DNA of 64,000 bases from the NCBI GenBank assembly GCA_904063045.1, contig CAJFCJ010000016.1, positions 620,001 through 684,000 on the forward strand, given 5' to 3'. The notes beneath the pieces are model-generated. The model searched no databases. It had not been told where the DNA came from and saw only the letters and a program-made list of their open reading frames with translations. This stretch comes from Dimorphilus gyrociliatus (taxonomy: Eukaryota; Animalia; Annelida). The translations under genes were made by a program, and so were the position numbers. Below are positions 39,401-52,593 of the stretch, piece after piece (the first letter of the stretch is position 1; each line of letters starts with the position of its first letter).

Positions 39401-40191
39401 TCTAAATTTAAGTTAATTTGTAATTTACAGACTTGTTTTTTATATACAATTACCTGAATAGCTAAGAATAGACAAGAAAAGGATAATAATACAAATAAAA
39501 GGAATTAAACGAATAAATTATCCCCAAAATACTTTAAATGTATCAACAAAACTATAAAACTATTTGGTTAAACTTGAAAGATTATTGTTATATATATATA
39601 TATATCTTAAATTCCCATACGATAGGTATTTTATATCTAATTAATCGCTAATTTTCTTAAGGGGAAGGCGGTTTAAGAAACAAAGAAAAGGAAAGCAAGA
39701 AACGCAATTAATTAACGACGATAAATAGGAGTAGAAAAGAGAAAGAGACGGACACATACTATATACAAAGAAAAGAATAAGAAATAACAAGTAATACGGC
39801 GGTGAATGAGATTTTTTTCCTTCTTCTCTATTTGTAATTTTAATAGAGAGATCTGGTAAATAAAATCTTAGTTCTTTTTTATTTATAAAATTGATCTCCG
39901 ACCCCAATAAAAGGATCCGAATGGTATTTGATTCGTTTAAAATAAAAAGAGATGAGTTAAAAAGTACTTGGGCGCCGGACAGTCTACAAATGGCTTATAG
40001 TTTCTCTATTTCTCTATGTCTTTTACTATTATTTTATTTATTCTATTAATTTGTTTTTGACTTTTCTCTTGGATTTATCTTATCATAATTTCTTATAGAA
40101 TACTAATTAGTTAGGAAAATTAAGAACACTTACCATATACTCTTAACAATAAGAATAATATTGCGCAACAATTCCAGTTTGTCCAGGTCAT
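17455..40191 (-). CDS. unc5: Netrin receptor UNC5 (signal peptide-Ig-Ig-TSP1-TSP1-TM-ZU5-UPA-death domain), 9 coding exons, about 795 aa
   Basis: Exons on -: 40191-40134 (signal peptide MTWTNWNCCAILFLLLRVY), 31651-31313 (Ig1), 28344-28241 (YIKKEFEEQP...CRPPEG), 26848-26545 (Ig2 end + TSP1-1), 21194-21033 (TSP1-2), 20942-20898 (45 nt), 20207-20034 (TM), 19936-19380 (ZU5, LGPVIELGP), 18099-17455 (UPA + death domain RGNDWRMLA...SPTEQILQLWEAR). All phases match, 2388 nt total, GT-AG throughout. Confidence 0.93.
20898..20942 (-). other. unc5: 45-nt symmetric (phase 1-1) juxtamembrane exon of UNC5, candidate cassette exon
   Basis: Acceptor CTTTACAG at 20944-20943, donor ATG|GTACGT at 20897. Encodes (R)GFHSKQPRFQQGDN; skipping keeps the frame. 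Confidence 0.7.
25100..25143 (+). repeat. (TA)22 microsatellite
   Basis: Read directly; UNC5 intron. Confidence 0.95.
30511..30730. promoter_or_regulatory. Candidate intronic enhancer in UNC5 (two CACGTG E-boxes, octamer ATGCAAAT, CCG/CGCCAT tract)
   Basis: CACGTG at 30548-30553 and 30591-30596, ATGCAAAT at 30723-30730, CCGCCGCCGCCATT at 30511-30524; locally GC/CpG-rich relative to the flanks. Confidence 0.35.
35227..35264 (+). repeat. (TC)19 microsatellite
   Basis: Read directly; generates the spurious ORFs at 35065-35401. Confidence 0.95.
36427..36458 (+). repeat. (AT)16 microsatellite
   Basis: Read directly. Confidence 0.95.
37338..37351. promoter_or_regulatory. RFX X-box GTTTCCACGGCAAC in the first coding intron of UNC5
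   Basis: Close match to the consensus GTTNCCATGGCAAC inside a GC-rich island (about 37050-37500). Confidence 0.4.
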
Positions 40192-41552
40192 AATTATTAA
40201 TATTTTTCACTCTTCTTTTGCTATTCTCTTCTTTTATGCTCTTATTGTTTAACTATATACAAAAATATATAGAGTGTCTATATATTTATATATATTCTCC
40301 AATGCTGAGATGAGAAACAAAAGAAATGATTTCTTTGCGATTATCTGGTATTTTCGCTAATCCTTTGCATGTTTTATCGAGTGTCCGTTAAATCTTTACA
40401 GATTAAGCGACTTTTTCTTCTTAATTTCTTTCCTTTTTGAAATTAGAGTATCTGTACGATCCGTCTTCTACCGAGTTCAAACGTTGAATGTTGCCTATTG
40501 GATAGAGACGGGTGTATGAAAGCGCCATCTAGGTGTAAATTTTTTAACTGAATAGTTAAAATATTATGAAAATGTTAGAAAATGAATGAAAAAAAATATA
40601 AAAAGCATGAGAAGAAATGTTTTAAAGTATTTTAATTAAAATTTATTCATAGAATCTAATATTAAGATAGTAATACTAAGCTAAAATAGTTTAAATTTCA
40701 ATGGTTTTCTCTGTCAAGAGGGGTCGCCTTAGTCTATCTATTTAATCCTTTAGGGAAATTTTAAATTAGCCGTTGTTCATCAGTTCATTAGTAATGAGCT
40801 TTAAAAAAATTCTCTTAATTGAAAATAAGCTTTCTTACGTAGAGAAAGAGTTGAAATTGAAAGATGGAGAGTGAAGATGAAAGGATAATGATATGGGAGA
40901 GAGAAAGAGAGAATCCATTAATATTTGAAATTAAAACATTTATAAATGTTTATTTATAAACATATGTTGTTACATGTTTGTGTATAATTATTGAACAATT
41001 TCCAGTATAGTTCAAATATATATATATATATATACTCTGTATATAAATAGCTCTCATATATTATTCAAAGCTAAACACCTTCTTATTTTCCTTTCTCTTC
41101 CAAACTAAATTTCCCAAAACATGATATAACAACATTTTATATCATTTAAATAACATTTTGATTATGTTTGTTAATTTGCCGAATAGAAAATTCCCTTGAT
41201 AATAGAAATGATTTTATATTTTTTCAAGTATTCTTTACAAATTTATCTCCGTTTGTTGGTGGAATGAATTTTTTATAAAGGCAACGAGCTAGCGTTTCAA
41301 CACCGATGCCCTCTCCTCCAACCCTCCTCCCTTTAATATAATTAACAACGCTTGACTCAATATTAACCCATATTTGACTGGTTTCTTCTTTATTTCCTGT
41401 TATCTAATACATAAAAATTACATAATTGTACTTAATCATACTTTATCAATAAAAATTCAAATTTATCTTGTCGATTCTAGCTTTTGTTTTGCTGATGTAC
41501 TTGTATTATTATCTGTTTTAACGAAACAGCTGTGTGTATATTACAGCTGTTT

Positions 41553-41640
41553 ACGTGTGTATGTATGTGTGTGTGTGTGTGTGTGTGTATACATATATAT
41601 ATATATATATATGAGTGTATACATATGTGTGCGCGTGTGT
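41553..41640 (+). repeat. Compound (GT)n/(AT)n/(GC)n alternating purine-pyrimidine tract
   Basis: About 60 bp of uninterrupted RY alternation (41553-41612), then a second tract including GTGTGCGCGTGTGT. Confidence 0.85.
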
Positions 41641-44600
41641 TATACGTATCTAAATAAATGAGTTTGAGCGAAAACGTAATAGATAAAACATAAAAAAAGA
41701 AACAAAAAACAAAAAACGATACTTTTAAAGATTCTGTTGTATTATTTAACTTTTGGGAAAAGAGAAATATCATACTAAACTTAAATAGAGCTTAAAACAA
41801 ATATGTATTTAGCATGTGTATGATTGATATTCTGTTAATTGATTAATTAATTACCTTTTAAAAGGTTTAAAAATCAACAAATTGCATAGAGAAATCTATA
41901 TCATTTTCTTTCGGTATAAGATACACATACAATATATATATATATGTATACTGTTATATATCACACTGTAACATAGATATAGTTTCGTCGGCCATTGTTT
42001 GGAGACAAGGTTAATATTATGATGAATAAAAGGTCAAAATAATTACCCTATCTACCATGACGACTTATACTCTCCTCTTCTATTATTTGTATAAAATCAA
42101 TTTTAATTAATAAATAACAAGCGCTTCATGGATGGTCTATCTACCTATGAAAGTGATTATTTTCCTTATTTTTCATACATTCCTAGCAGTAGAGAATGCT
42201 TAATATTTACATTAACCTTAACTATATAAACTTATATAAAGTTATTCAATAAAATATTTACATAGAAAACAAATTTCAAAAGAGTTTTTGTCACTTAAAA
42301 GAAAATGTTCTAATATACTTTACTTGCCTTCTTTACACATAAACATGACTTTTTGCAAAGATCCGATTAGGACAAACTCTCTTTCTCTTTTCCCTTATTT
42401 TTCCCTTTCATTTCTATACTAAACAACTTTCGTTCTTCAGATTTTAAAAATACGGAATTTTTTAGTTTTTGTTTGATAAACGTAACGTTTTTTACAGTAT
42501 AAATTACCTGTAATTAATCATACTGAGTATATGTACGGTACTTTTTTTTAAATTGCTACAAATTAGATTGAATTTTAATTAAGTTTGCGATAAACCGATA
42601 AATAAATATGCAAATTAATCTATTCTTTAGGCCTATTTTGAATGGTAGAAGTATTAGCATATACTTTATACTGTATAAAATATATTTATCTTGTAGGATT
42701 TATTAGCAAGAAAAAAAGAGAGAAAAAGAAAAGAAAGAGAATTAAATCCAAAAGAAAAGATATGGCGATGATAGAAAGATTTATTAATAGTTTTAAACTT
42801 AATTAATAATTGTTAGTGTAATTTTCAACTGCTAGACAGACTTAATAAATAAATACTCTTAGATAAACGACTACAAGATAAACAAACGCTTTAAAATGTA
42901 TAAATTATGTAAGTATTTACTTAGACCTACTAAAAAATAGTTATGAATTTATTAATTAATTCTTTATCTCTATAGTATTTCATACTTTTTTTCCATTTTA
43001 TTTCTCTAGTAATGATACTTCTCTATGGCTTTTCTTTTGACTTTTATTATAGGCCTAATGAAAGAGGCGTAACAAAAATTATTTTCTACCGGACAAAAGA
43101 AAACCAGAAATATAATAAACTAACAAAGCAAAAGTCATAAACAAACATAAATAGCGGAAAACGCTCAGTTTTATTCGTCCAATTCGTTCAATCCATCATT
43201 GGCGCGATACAGATGGCCGTGATAAATGCGAACGTTCGAAGCAAGCGACGTTCATGCCGAACGTCTGCGTTCTATCAAAACCAGACGGTTTGTTATAAGG
43301 AGATAGGGGTAAAAAAAAAAGAGTAGGTGAGTAAGAGTGAGAGGGCGAATGGAAGAGAGAACCAAGGAAGGAAAGGAGAGCTTAGCAATTTCGAAAGTTA
43401 GAAAAAGAGAAAAGAGAGTAAAGCGAGAAGGAGAGAGGGGGTGGGTAAGAAAGATCATTAGAGTGGCATATAGTATAGACAGTTTGATAAAGGGTGAGCA
43501 AGAGTAAAGCCTTTTTTCATAGCCTATTATCTTAATAGTTGGATTGAGGTTTTTATGCCGTGCTGACTTTACCGATGTTCTGTTAGATTTTATAACTTTT
43601 TTACTCTTCTTTTCTACTTTGTATCTTAACAATAACAACAACAGTAAAAATGCATAAAAAATGATAAAAGTCAAAAGCTTATATAGATTTCCAGGCTGTT
43701 TATAAAAGAATAACAAAAAAAAGGAACTTTAACGCATTCATATAAATAAATATACAGTATAAACAGTATATATATATATATATATATATTTCTAAATGTT
43801 CAAAAGAAGTTGAAAATACATTATTATGTAAATGACCCATTCTGTAAAAGGCGTAATGATGGTGATCAATTCAACTTGAATATCTCCATTCTCCTCCCTT
43901 TACCTCCTCTCTCTCTCTCTCTCTATCTTGAAAAGCTATTTTAAACGATGAAATATGTAAAACTTTATAGACATTTGACTTATTAAATTGCCATTAGAAG
44001 TTTTGTATACATAAAAAAATACAGGTATACTTTAATCTATCCTATACATATTTATACGGTGTAGCAATATAAATATATTGTATATATTATCCATATATTT
44101 ACATATATAAATATATTTATACATATATATCTATATAGTTAAGCTGTTAAGTATTTGATATCAATAATTATGATATAAAGAAAATTTGAAAGGCATAAAA
44201 ACCACATCAAAAGGACAACTTGTTTAATAAAGAAAAAGTCCAAGGTGTTTTTTATACATATACACAATAAATAGCGTTTAACTTTTGTTATATTAAACAT
44301 ATATAGATATAGATATATATATATATAATATAATATATATACAGCATACTGTATATGCCTTTTTAGGACTATTCTCTAGGTTTCCCTCCATAGAATTTAG
44401 ACAAGCGTTATATACTTGCTTTATAGTATATCTTTATACCATTATGCTATACGTATAGAGAAATAAACTAAGGAAAGGCGTAAAAAGAAAATTGAAGTGA
44501 ATCGAGTCACGTGATTAAACCTAATCGACTTTCCCCATGTTAAAATATGTATGACGAATCAAGTAGTGTTGAAAGAAGGAAATTTTTATCATGAAAGGAT

Positions 44601-45113
44601 CACGCGAGACGACTTTTTAAAATATTGAAAAGGCTGAAGCGAAGCAGTCGTAATTATTTCGGATTTTTTATCGTACATATAAAATTCATAGGCCTGAGAA
44701 AAATAGAAAAAATGGCGGTCTAATTGTTGGTAATGACAGGGGGAATGGATAGGTTTATAAGTTCGATTGACGTTTAAATGGGGCTAGGGATTTAGGTTGT
44801 GAAATTTGATCAGCTTGAACATTTTTTCTAAAATTTACATTCTATCGTTCATCGATGCATGAATAGGGTAAAAAAGAAAGAAAAAAAAGAGGGAAATATG
44901 AATAATTTCATCTCTTTTTATATATTTCAGTAATAAAAATTAAAAAATTAGATAATAAAAGAACTTTTGATTAAAGTTTAAAGAAAACCAAAAAACCCCA
45001 AAATAAAAGAATGAACAAAGAATACTTGTTAATTATTTAATATAAGTAAATAAATAAAAAAACAAAGATAGTTGACTTTGTTTTACTTTTTTTGCCAGTC
45101 TGTCCTCTTCCTG

Positions 45114-45153
<40 letters not shown>

Positions 45154-48100
45154 ATTAATTAAGACCTTAAGGTGTTATAATTATTAAATTATTAATTGAA
45201 AAATTTCCCGTTACGACCAAACTATGCATACAATCTTACCAGTTTCCTTACTAATAAAAAAAAATCCCTTTCAAGCTAAACATATTTTTCAAGAGTTTGT
45301 TGATAGATACTTAATTAAATTCAGGTTTAAGATACAAAGGCAACAAAGTGTAGTTGATAAGCCCGATTAGATAGACAGTTTTATAGTTTTTAACAGTTTT
45401 TTCCTCTTCAACTTCTTATAGAATGGGTATGAGAAAATCTCATGGAAAGTTTGAAGCATAATCCGCAGACCATACAAAAAAAGGTTTTATATTACGACAG
45501 TTGATTATATAAAAATATGTAAGGAGATTTATCAAGTGATCTCTTATAGAAAAGAGCCGCAGGAACATTATATAAATATTATATAAAATCATATCAAATG
45601 AAGTATTCTATTACCAAGTGTTTAAGATAAATGAACGCGTAGATGTACAAAAACACCAAACAAAGGCAGCTTTTACTTCTACTTCATTTTTTCAATGAGA
45701 AGTTATTTAATTACAAAAAAAATTGCCTAAGTAAATAAACCAGTTGTTTCTCTAAAACCTTTATAACACTATTTAAAATGACGAATGATAAAGACTATTA
45801 AACGGATTAAAGCAGGTGTCTAAGTATAGATAAAACATGAAAATATATAAAATTATAGAAACTTCATATATATATATATATCAGTCTTTTATTTAACAAA
45901 TAATCTCACATTACTATTTTACACAAAATCTAATTTTTTATTCACAAAATTCATAATAGGATTATTGTTCTACTTTTCATTAAAAATTACGATAAACGAG
46001 AGAAAGAAAGAAAAAGAGAGAGAGGCAGGCAGACAGACTGGCACGGAAAGGGAAAGAGATTCGCGCTCATTCATACAGTGGCGAGAAGAAGGGAGAAAGC
46101 GGATAGAAAAAAGAGAAAGACACAGACAGAAAAGGAGCATTGAGAAGCAAAGCTTATTATATATCTCATTAATATTCTATAAACAATGATCCATTCTTTT
46201 GATATGACTATAGATAATAAAATATTTTACCCTCATGCAGAAGAAAGTCGGAAAAATATATAAATTAATACATTTATAGCTTTTTTATATTGATAAAACG
46301 GAAAGAAATAAGAGTATTATTCAAAAGACAAAAATCTACAATAATAAAAAAAGGCAATGATCTTATCTATGACATTCTCTATTCGATTTTAGACCAAACA
46401 AGGAAAGATTCCGGCAATTTGTTACGAATTTTACAATTGATATGTATCGGCAACAACTTGTATACAAAAGGATATAATATTCAAAGTGAATCAACAAACT
46501 ATACCTTTTTTCACTCTTACTGAGTTTATCTTTCGTTCTCCTCTAGAGGTTGTCTTGTTTTTTTTTCTTTTTCTTCCCTTCTCCCCTTCGCCACCCTTCT
46601 TTCCCCTCCTTTTTTCTCCTCTCCTCTCTAAAAACCGCTAATTGATTAGAGAGTATCCATTATCAATGATGGCACCGTTCGAAAGTATCCCTAATCTCTT
46701 AACTACTCAGGTAGAATTACGTAAAGAGATAATGGAAACGAGATAAAGGGATTATTGGTACTTTTTTAACGAAAGCATAAAAATAAAGAATTACTCATGC
46801 GCTGACTTCCTTCTATCTGATCTAGGCCTAGTGACCGAGGGGGGCAACGGTCAAGCCTTAATTATGCAATAGACTATAATAAAAATCTCTCTTGTATAAA
46901 TGGTATGTAGGAACGGGAAGGGACAGTTGTAAAGAAAGGACATTCGTTAGTGCTCTTGTTAGTAAGATTGGTTTAAAAAAAAATTAGCGAAATATTGTGT
47001 TGTATGTCTATATATTCTGTGTACAATTCTTTATCATTTATCTCATTTACAAACAGGCGGCAATTGAAAGCGAATGGCTTAACAACCTTTGCACGTGCAT
47101 AATTTGTATGCACAGGTGTATCAAAATTAGGCTAATATAGGCCTTGTCCATATAGGGATGAGATTTTCGAGAGTTAGTACTAGGATTTTAATCTTGGCCG
47201 AAGCGATAGTATACTCAAATTACTCTTCCGTTTCTTGCCGTTTATATAATACTCTTTTTTTTATCATAGACGTTAATTAAGCATTGCGTAATATGAATAC
47301 ATTTTCTCAATAGTGCTAAACTTAAAGACAGATTATTCCTGGTTTCTTTTCAATTAGGTTATGCTCAATTAAAAGTCTTATATTTAACAAGAAAAAAGAC
47401 AAATACAAATGAAAGAGGAGAAGAAGAGAGGACAAAAAAAGACAGAAGGCAAGAGAGAAAGAAAAAAACCTTATAGGTTGTTAGACAGGAGAAAACAAAC
47501 AGAACAATTAAACATTTACAATAGCCATTTTCATTATTTACCCCTATTTATTAATTAAAATTTAGGTCAAATTTTATTCTTATTCTCTATATAACATTGG
47601 TTTATTAGAAGATAAATCATGGTTGTGGTCATTTAGTATGCAATAAAAATCACCTGTTTCAGTATTCGGTTTCTTTTATTTATGTTGGTTAAATTAGATA
47701 ATAAAAGAGAAATAAAGAATAGAAAGATAAAAAATATTTTTTTTCACCAATCTGCTTTTTCTTAGATTCTCTCTGTTTATTCTAATTAAACAAAAATTCA
47801 TCTCTTATTCTCCTTATAGTTTATTTCTTAGAAAGAAAAAAAGAATTTATATATACTATATAAAAAATAGTTGATAAGAGAAAAAATATATTCCCTCTCT
47901 CTCTCTCTCTTCCCTTTCCTTTCCATTTTATCAATGATATTATCTTGTTAAAAAATTTTCATTCTTCCTCTTAGTTTTAATTCAATTAGTAATAATAGCA
48001 TTGTTTTGTTTAGATTTAAAAGTATTTGTTATATAATTACTATAGATTAATTTTCTTTTATTTCTCTTTTCGGCTAAAAGCATTTATCTCATTTTCTCCT

Positions 48101-49948
48101 TTCTCTCTCTCTCTCTCTCTCTCTCCATTTGATTTTTTGTTTCTAATAAATGGTTATTCAATCTGAATAAAATTCCCATGAAATTCGCAATTGAAACTAC
48201 TTTTAAAAGTAATAAAAACTGGTAATAAATAAATAAAACAAGATAGAAACCTTCCTTCATCAAGATTGAAAGGTGGTTTAGGTGGTAAAAACACTAAAAA
48301 TTATCATACGTGAAATTGAAGGGGTTTGAAAGCTGTAATGATGTCAACGCAACTGTCATTCTGTGGCCCGGATGTCAAAAAAAACGCCTTAACCCCCTAT
48401 TTTCACGTCTATCTGAAATTAGACTAATGCATTTCGCAGCTGACAATTTTAGTTTTATTTAGATTATATTTCAGGCATTCCCTATTGAAAAGTTTCAGAT
48501 ATTAAGAATTAAAAAAAATAAGAAGGGTTGGGCGTCAAGAATGCTTTAAGTAGCCCTATATTCTCTGGATTATATAGCCAAAGGTGACAAAAAAAGGAAA
48601 CCCTAGTATACCAGAGTTTTTTCCATATCGCTAAATGAACTGTCTAAAAAGTTTATATAACGGTATACGACTTTAGTAATCGCTTATATCTATTATCTTA
48701 TTTGATATAGTCTTTTCAGTTGTTCCACTTGGAAAGTACTTATCTACAAAAATTCTATTGTTTTGAATGGCTTTTGTCTATTTATCATCTCTATTGAAGA
48801 TTCCTATTTCCCATTTGATAATTCATCCGATTGATTCTAAACGAACCGCGTAAATCTTGAGTGTCTTCTAGTGCAAGATGATATTGCACCCTGCTATCTA
48901 ATTTTTAACAAAGGGACATCATTTAATTACGGCTTTATATCGACTGCCCTCTCATTTAATGTTTCTTAGAGCAGACGCTAACTAATCTCCAGTTTTATAA
49001 TAATACCAGCATCGAACCCCCTTGTCCGATTGTATAGATAAAAAAGGGAATATTTTAGCAGAACCCCTCGCCCCTCTCTCCTCCCCTTTCCCCGCCTCCT
49101 GTCAAAAATTCAACCTCACTAGTAGAAGAAATGTTTGATAATTTACGTTTATTTCTATTTATTTTTAATAAACTACTAAAACAGAATAGATGAGAAAATC
49201 TAACAAAGAAAAAACAACATAGAATATAGGATTCGTCCCCTCTTTTTTCGAAATTAAGCTTGTTTGGGCCGACATTTTTGCAAGTACCAAATGATTGTGA
49301 TTCAGTTACTAATTCAATTGGTTGTTTAGCCTGTAGTTTGTAGTGGTCGTTTGGCCTATTGACTCTAGTTTTTCTTTCTTTAACCAAGATAGTTACTTTT
49401 CCTTTGTATCAGCTCCCGTAAAAGTTTTATGAAATTAGAGAGAAGAGAAATAATCACGGATTCTCTTTGGAAGAGAAATCAACTATTTAATATATATAAC
49501 TAAAAAGGAGGAATTAACTATTGAAACTTAAGCTCATGTATAAGATACTCTTCAGTTGATCTGTGCCGTATAAATAGCGTAAAGTATAAATGTATATAGT
49601 GTATTCCCAAAGTATAGACTCATATAAACCATTCGCTAAATTTTTTCTCTTTTCTTTAACATCTGTTCCTCAAGGGAAGGTACCATGTATAACGTGTTCT
49701 AGACACAATTTATAAACATATAGACATATAACTCACTAATGAGTAATTCTATATTTAAAAATAATATTCAATCCAATTTTTACATTAACTTGTCATAGTT
49801 GCATATATAGGTTATTATTATTATACAGTATATAAAGTAATTATCTTAGTATAGGCCAAAAGTATATAAAAAGGGTTATTTAATTTCCTATCTTAAGAAA
49901 TAACTGCCTTAAAGCTTAATGATTATTATTTTAAATAAAAATTCATTA

Positions 49949-49975
<27 letters not shown>
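49949..49975 (+). repeat. (AG)13 microsatellite
   Basis: Read directly. Confidence 0.9.
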
Positions 49976-49985
<10 letters not shown>

Positions 49986-50736
49986 GAACGAGAGAGGAGA
50001 GAAAAGGAGAAAATTGATTAGACTATATATATATATATTTATAGAATATTTTTTCAATAGTTATTTTTATATCTATAGATACTATTGAATTTATCTTATG
50101 AGACTAAAGGTAGAGAGTATCAATTAAAATCTCTTACTAATTAGTATAAAAGTAAGGTTTTGTATGTTATGCTGTTTGAGATCTGTATTACATACTATGA
50201 AATGAGTTTACTCTTGACAATGCCAATCGTAATAAGTAAAAAGCCTTAGTATAGAACTTCGTGACCTCTGGATGAATAGATCTTACTACAGGTAATAAAG
50301 AGAGAAGAAAGTAAAGGAACTTTATTAGCAGGAGAATAGGGATAACAGTAATTTCTGTTGGTGTATAGTTTTTTGTGTTTTTTTAATTGATCTAATTAAA
50401 AGGAATATTTATAGACCAGTCTGTTTGTGTGATGTATATTGTTCTATAAAACAATTATGATACATGAATTCAACACGTTTAGATCATAAATTTTATGGCT
50501 AATAGAAGTTTAAACAGAGTGTATAATTATAATTTTCGAATGTCCGAACATAATCAAATCGACTAAAAAACAATATGCAAACAGTACAACGTGTTTTTCA
50601 ATCTATTATCCAGACGTTAGAAAGCAAGAGACCAGAGAGATACTCTCACGCATACTCATGCGAGTAAGATATAAAATAATAAGGGCTAGGGAATGGATGT
50701 TAAAAAAGGACGAAAAGGATCGTACTCTTATCTCAC

Positions 50737-51020
50737 AGATCCCTCTATGCCTTGCCTAAATGACCATCAGTCACCCGGGGAGTTTTGAGGGAATTGAGGC
50801 AAAAGCGGCCGGCGGAAAAAAATAAAGAGAGAAGAGAGCAGATGCGATTTGTGGATGTTTGATAGAGTAAATGTTTATTCGAAGCATCAGCTGCGTTCCG
50901 GCCGTCCGTCTGCCTTCTATCACTTTGGAGAAGTTTTTAAGCGAGTGTTGTATGAATAGGCCCAATTTAGGCCGATTTCGGACAATTGCGACAAACAAGG
51001 GACGAATAAAACGAACGAGA
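50737..51020 (-). promoter_or_regulatory. CpG-rich island; candidate non-coding first exon/promoter of UNC5
   Basis: One of the most GC/CpG-rich non-coding patches, with a donor-like ATCT|GTGAGA at 50736 on -. The UNC5 signal-peptide exon is preceded by a strong acceptor (polypyrimidine tract + CAG at 40306-40305), so an upstream exon is expected somewhere to the right. Confidence 0.35.
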
Positions 51021-51835
51021 CGTTAAGCTTTTTTCATTGTAGATTTATATGTATACTAATATGTGTATATACTGTATATCTGACCTTGTTTGTGAATTTC
51101 AAAGGCATCTTAAAAAAGAGCTTAATAAAAATATTTATATGTAAAATCTCTAGTATTGGTTTAGCAGTCAAAATGTATGTTTATTAGTTCTTACTTGATA
51201 AGAAAAGAATAGAGAAGATTTTAATTTAAAAAGAAGAAGAGAAGATGGAGGATAGGGAGAAGAAGAAGAAGAAGAAGAAGAAAATAATCGTAATAATAAA
51301 AATACATGATAACTTTGTATTCTTTTAACAAAAAAAAAGAAGACGAAGAAGAAAAAAGAAAATGAAGAAGAAAGGAAAATATGAAAAATTGCGTATTTCT
51401 CTGCGTGAAGTAGTAATACACTTTATACAATCTTAGATATATTGTTTTTTATATTCTCTCTCTATATATATACTGTATAGATCTATATAGATTTTAGTAA
51501 ATAGTGAACTATTTTTAGTTGAAAATTATCCAAGCACTAAAAGAAAGAGAGTAAAAAATTACATTATTTTTAAATAGTAATTAGGAAATTGTGTATTAGT
51601 TTGGAATTGGGAAAAGAGGATAAAACTATAAAAACAAGGAGAATTGGTACCTATTGGACTGGGACAAACTATAGCCTATATACGATCGATTTCTGACGCT
51701 TATCATACACGCCCATCTCGGCTATTGCTGATTGTATGCCCGTCGTTTGTCATTCTGACTAAGGCTTGGACGATAAGGGTCGTAAGCAATTTGCTTTCAT
51801 ACAGACAGCTCTTCAATGTGTTGTTCTGCATTTGC

Positions 51836-51863
51836 TGTTGTTGTTGTTGTTGTTGTTGTTGTT
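51836..51863 (+). repeat. (TGT)9 trinucleotide repeat
   Basis: Read directly. Confidence 0.9.
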
Positions 51864-52315
51864 ATCTTATATTTTTTCGTCTATATTTGAATACTTAAAG
51901 TATACAGTATATAGCCCATCTCCTTCATTCGAGTAATACAATACAGGTAACGTTTTACTCATTCAAGCTAATCCAATGATTAATTGAGCGTAACTTGAAA
52001 CCTTTTAAAGGATGAATAAGAAAATTTATACCTATATAGGAAACGATGAAATGATGACAAGCTTCACAACAATTTACAAACTATTATTCATTTTTTATAT
52101 GTTGATGAAAAAATTATCTGAAAAACTGCATCTTATCTGATAAATATACTCAATAAAGGCGGTTTGCTAAGAGGGGGAACTCTACAAAGAATTGATCTAA
52201 GAGGAAGATGTATGCGATGGTCGGGGTTATTGGGTCAAGAATAACTCAAATGTTTATAATATTACACTTAACAACTCCTGACAGATGACGTGTTGGTATT
52301 TTACAGCCGATAAGG

Positions 52316-52329
52316 TCGCCATCTAATGG
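52316..52329 (-). promoter_or_regulatory. CTCF-like motif (CCATTAGATGGCGA on -)
   Basis: Matches the CTCF core CCASYAGRKGGCRS at most positions; sits between the UNC5 upstream desert and the next gene. Similar motifs at 154-167, 40522-40535, 54943-54956 and 59832-59845. Confidence 0.45.
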
Positions 52330-52593
52330 TCGTTAAATATTACAATGATTTCTTTTATTTTAAACTTTTAAATTAATCAATTAACTTCAACAACTAATAT
52401 TTAAATAATACAGTATTTGCATAAAAGTCTATATAAAACGTTTAATGAAATATTAACAATTATGGTTTCTCTTCTATTAAGTATACACTACATATATCTA
52501 TATATATATCTATATAATTCTTATATAGAATTCTTTAATAATTCCAAAATATTCAAAGGTCATTTTTATGTATACATATAAATAATCGGACAG

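Larger units (their letters stand above)
2752..46830. repeat. Dispersed 8-bp palindrome TAGGCCTA, at least 13 copies
   Basis: Starts at 2752, 6245, 9341, 19065, 20173, 25888, 32270, 34740, 36771, 38526, 42628, 43050 and 46823; 11 of 13 are non-coding. Confidence 0.75.

Noticed and set aside
43252-43716. 154-aa minus-strand ORF
   Set aside because: Produced by a purine-rich plus-strand tract (L/S/F-rich), non-ATG start, no motifs or splice context.
49055-49387. 110-aa minus-strand ORF in the UNC5 upstream desert
   Set aside because: Non-ATG start, no family features, no supporting splice sites.
29246-51898. Low-complexity ORFs such as SLSLSL, ERERER, YIYIYI, CVCVCV and CCCCCC (29359, 35065-35401, 36329-36572, 41374-41773, 45965, 51221, 51644)
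   Set aside because: Translations of (TC)n, (AT)n, (GT)n and (TGT)n microsatellites; many begin at TTG/GTG/CTG, which is not meaningful in a eukaryote.
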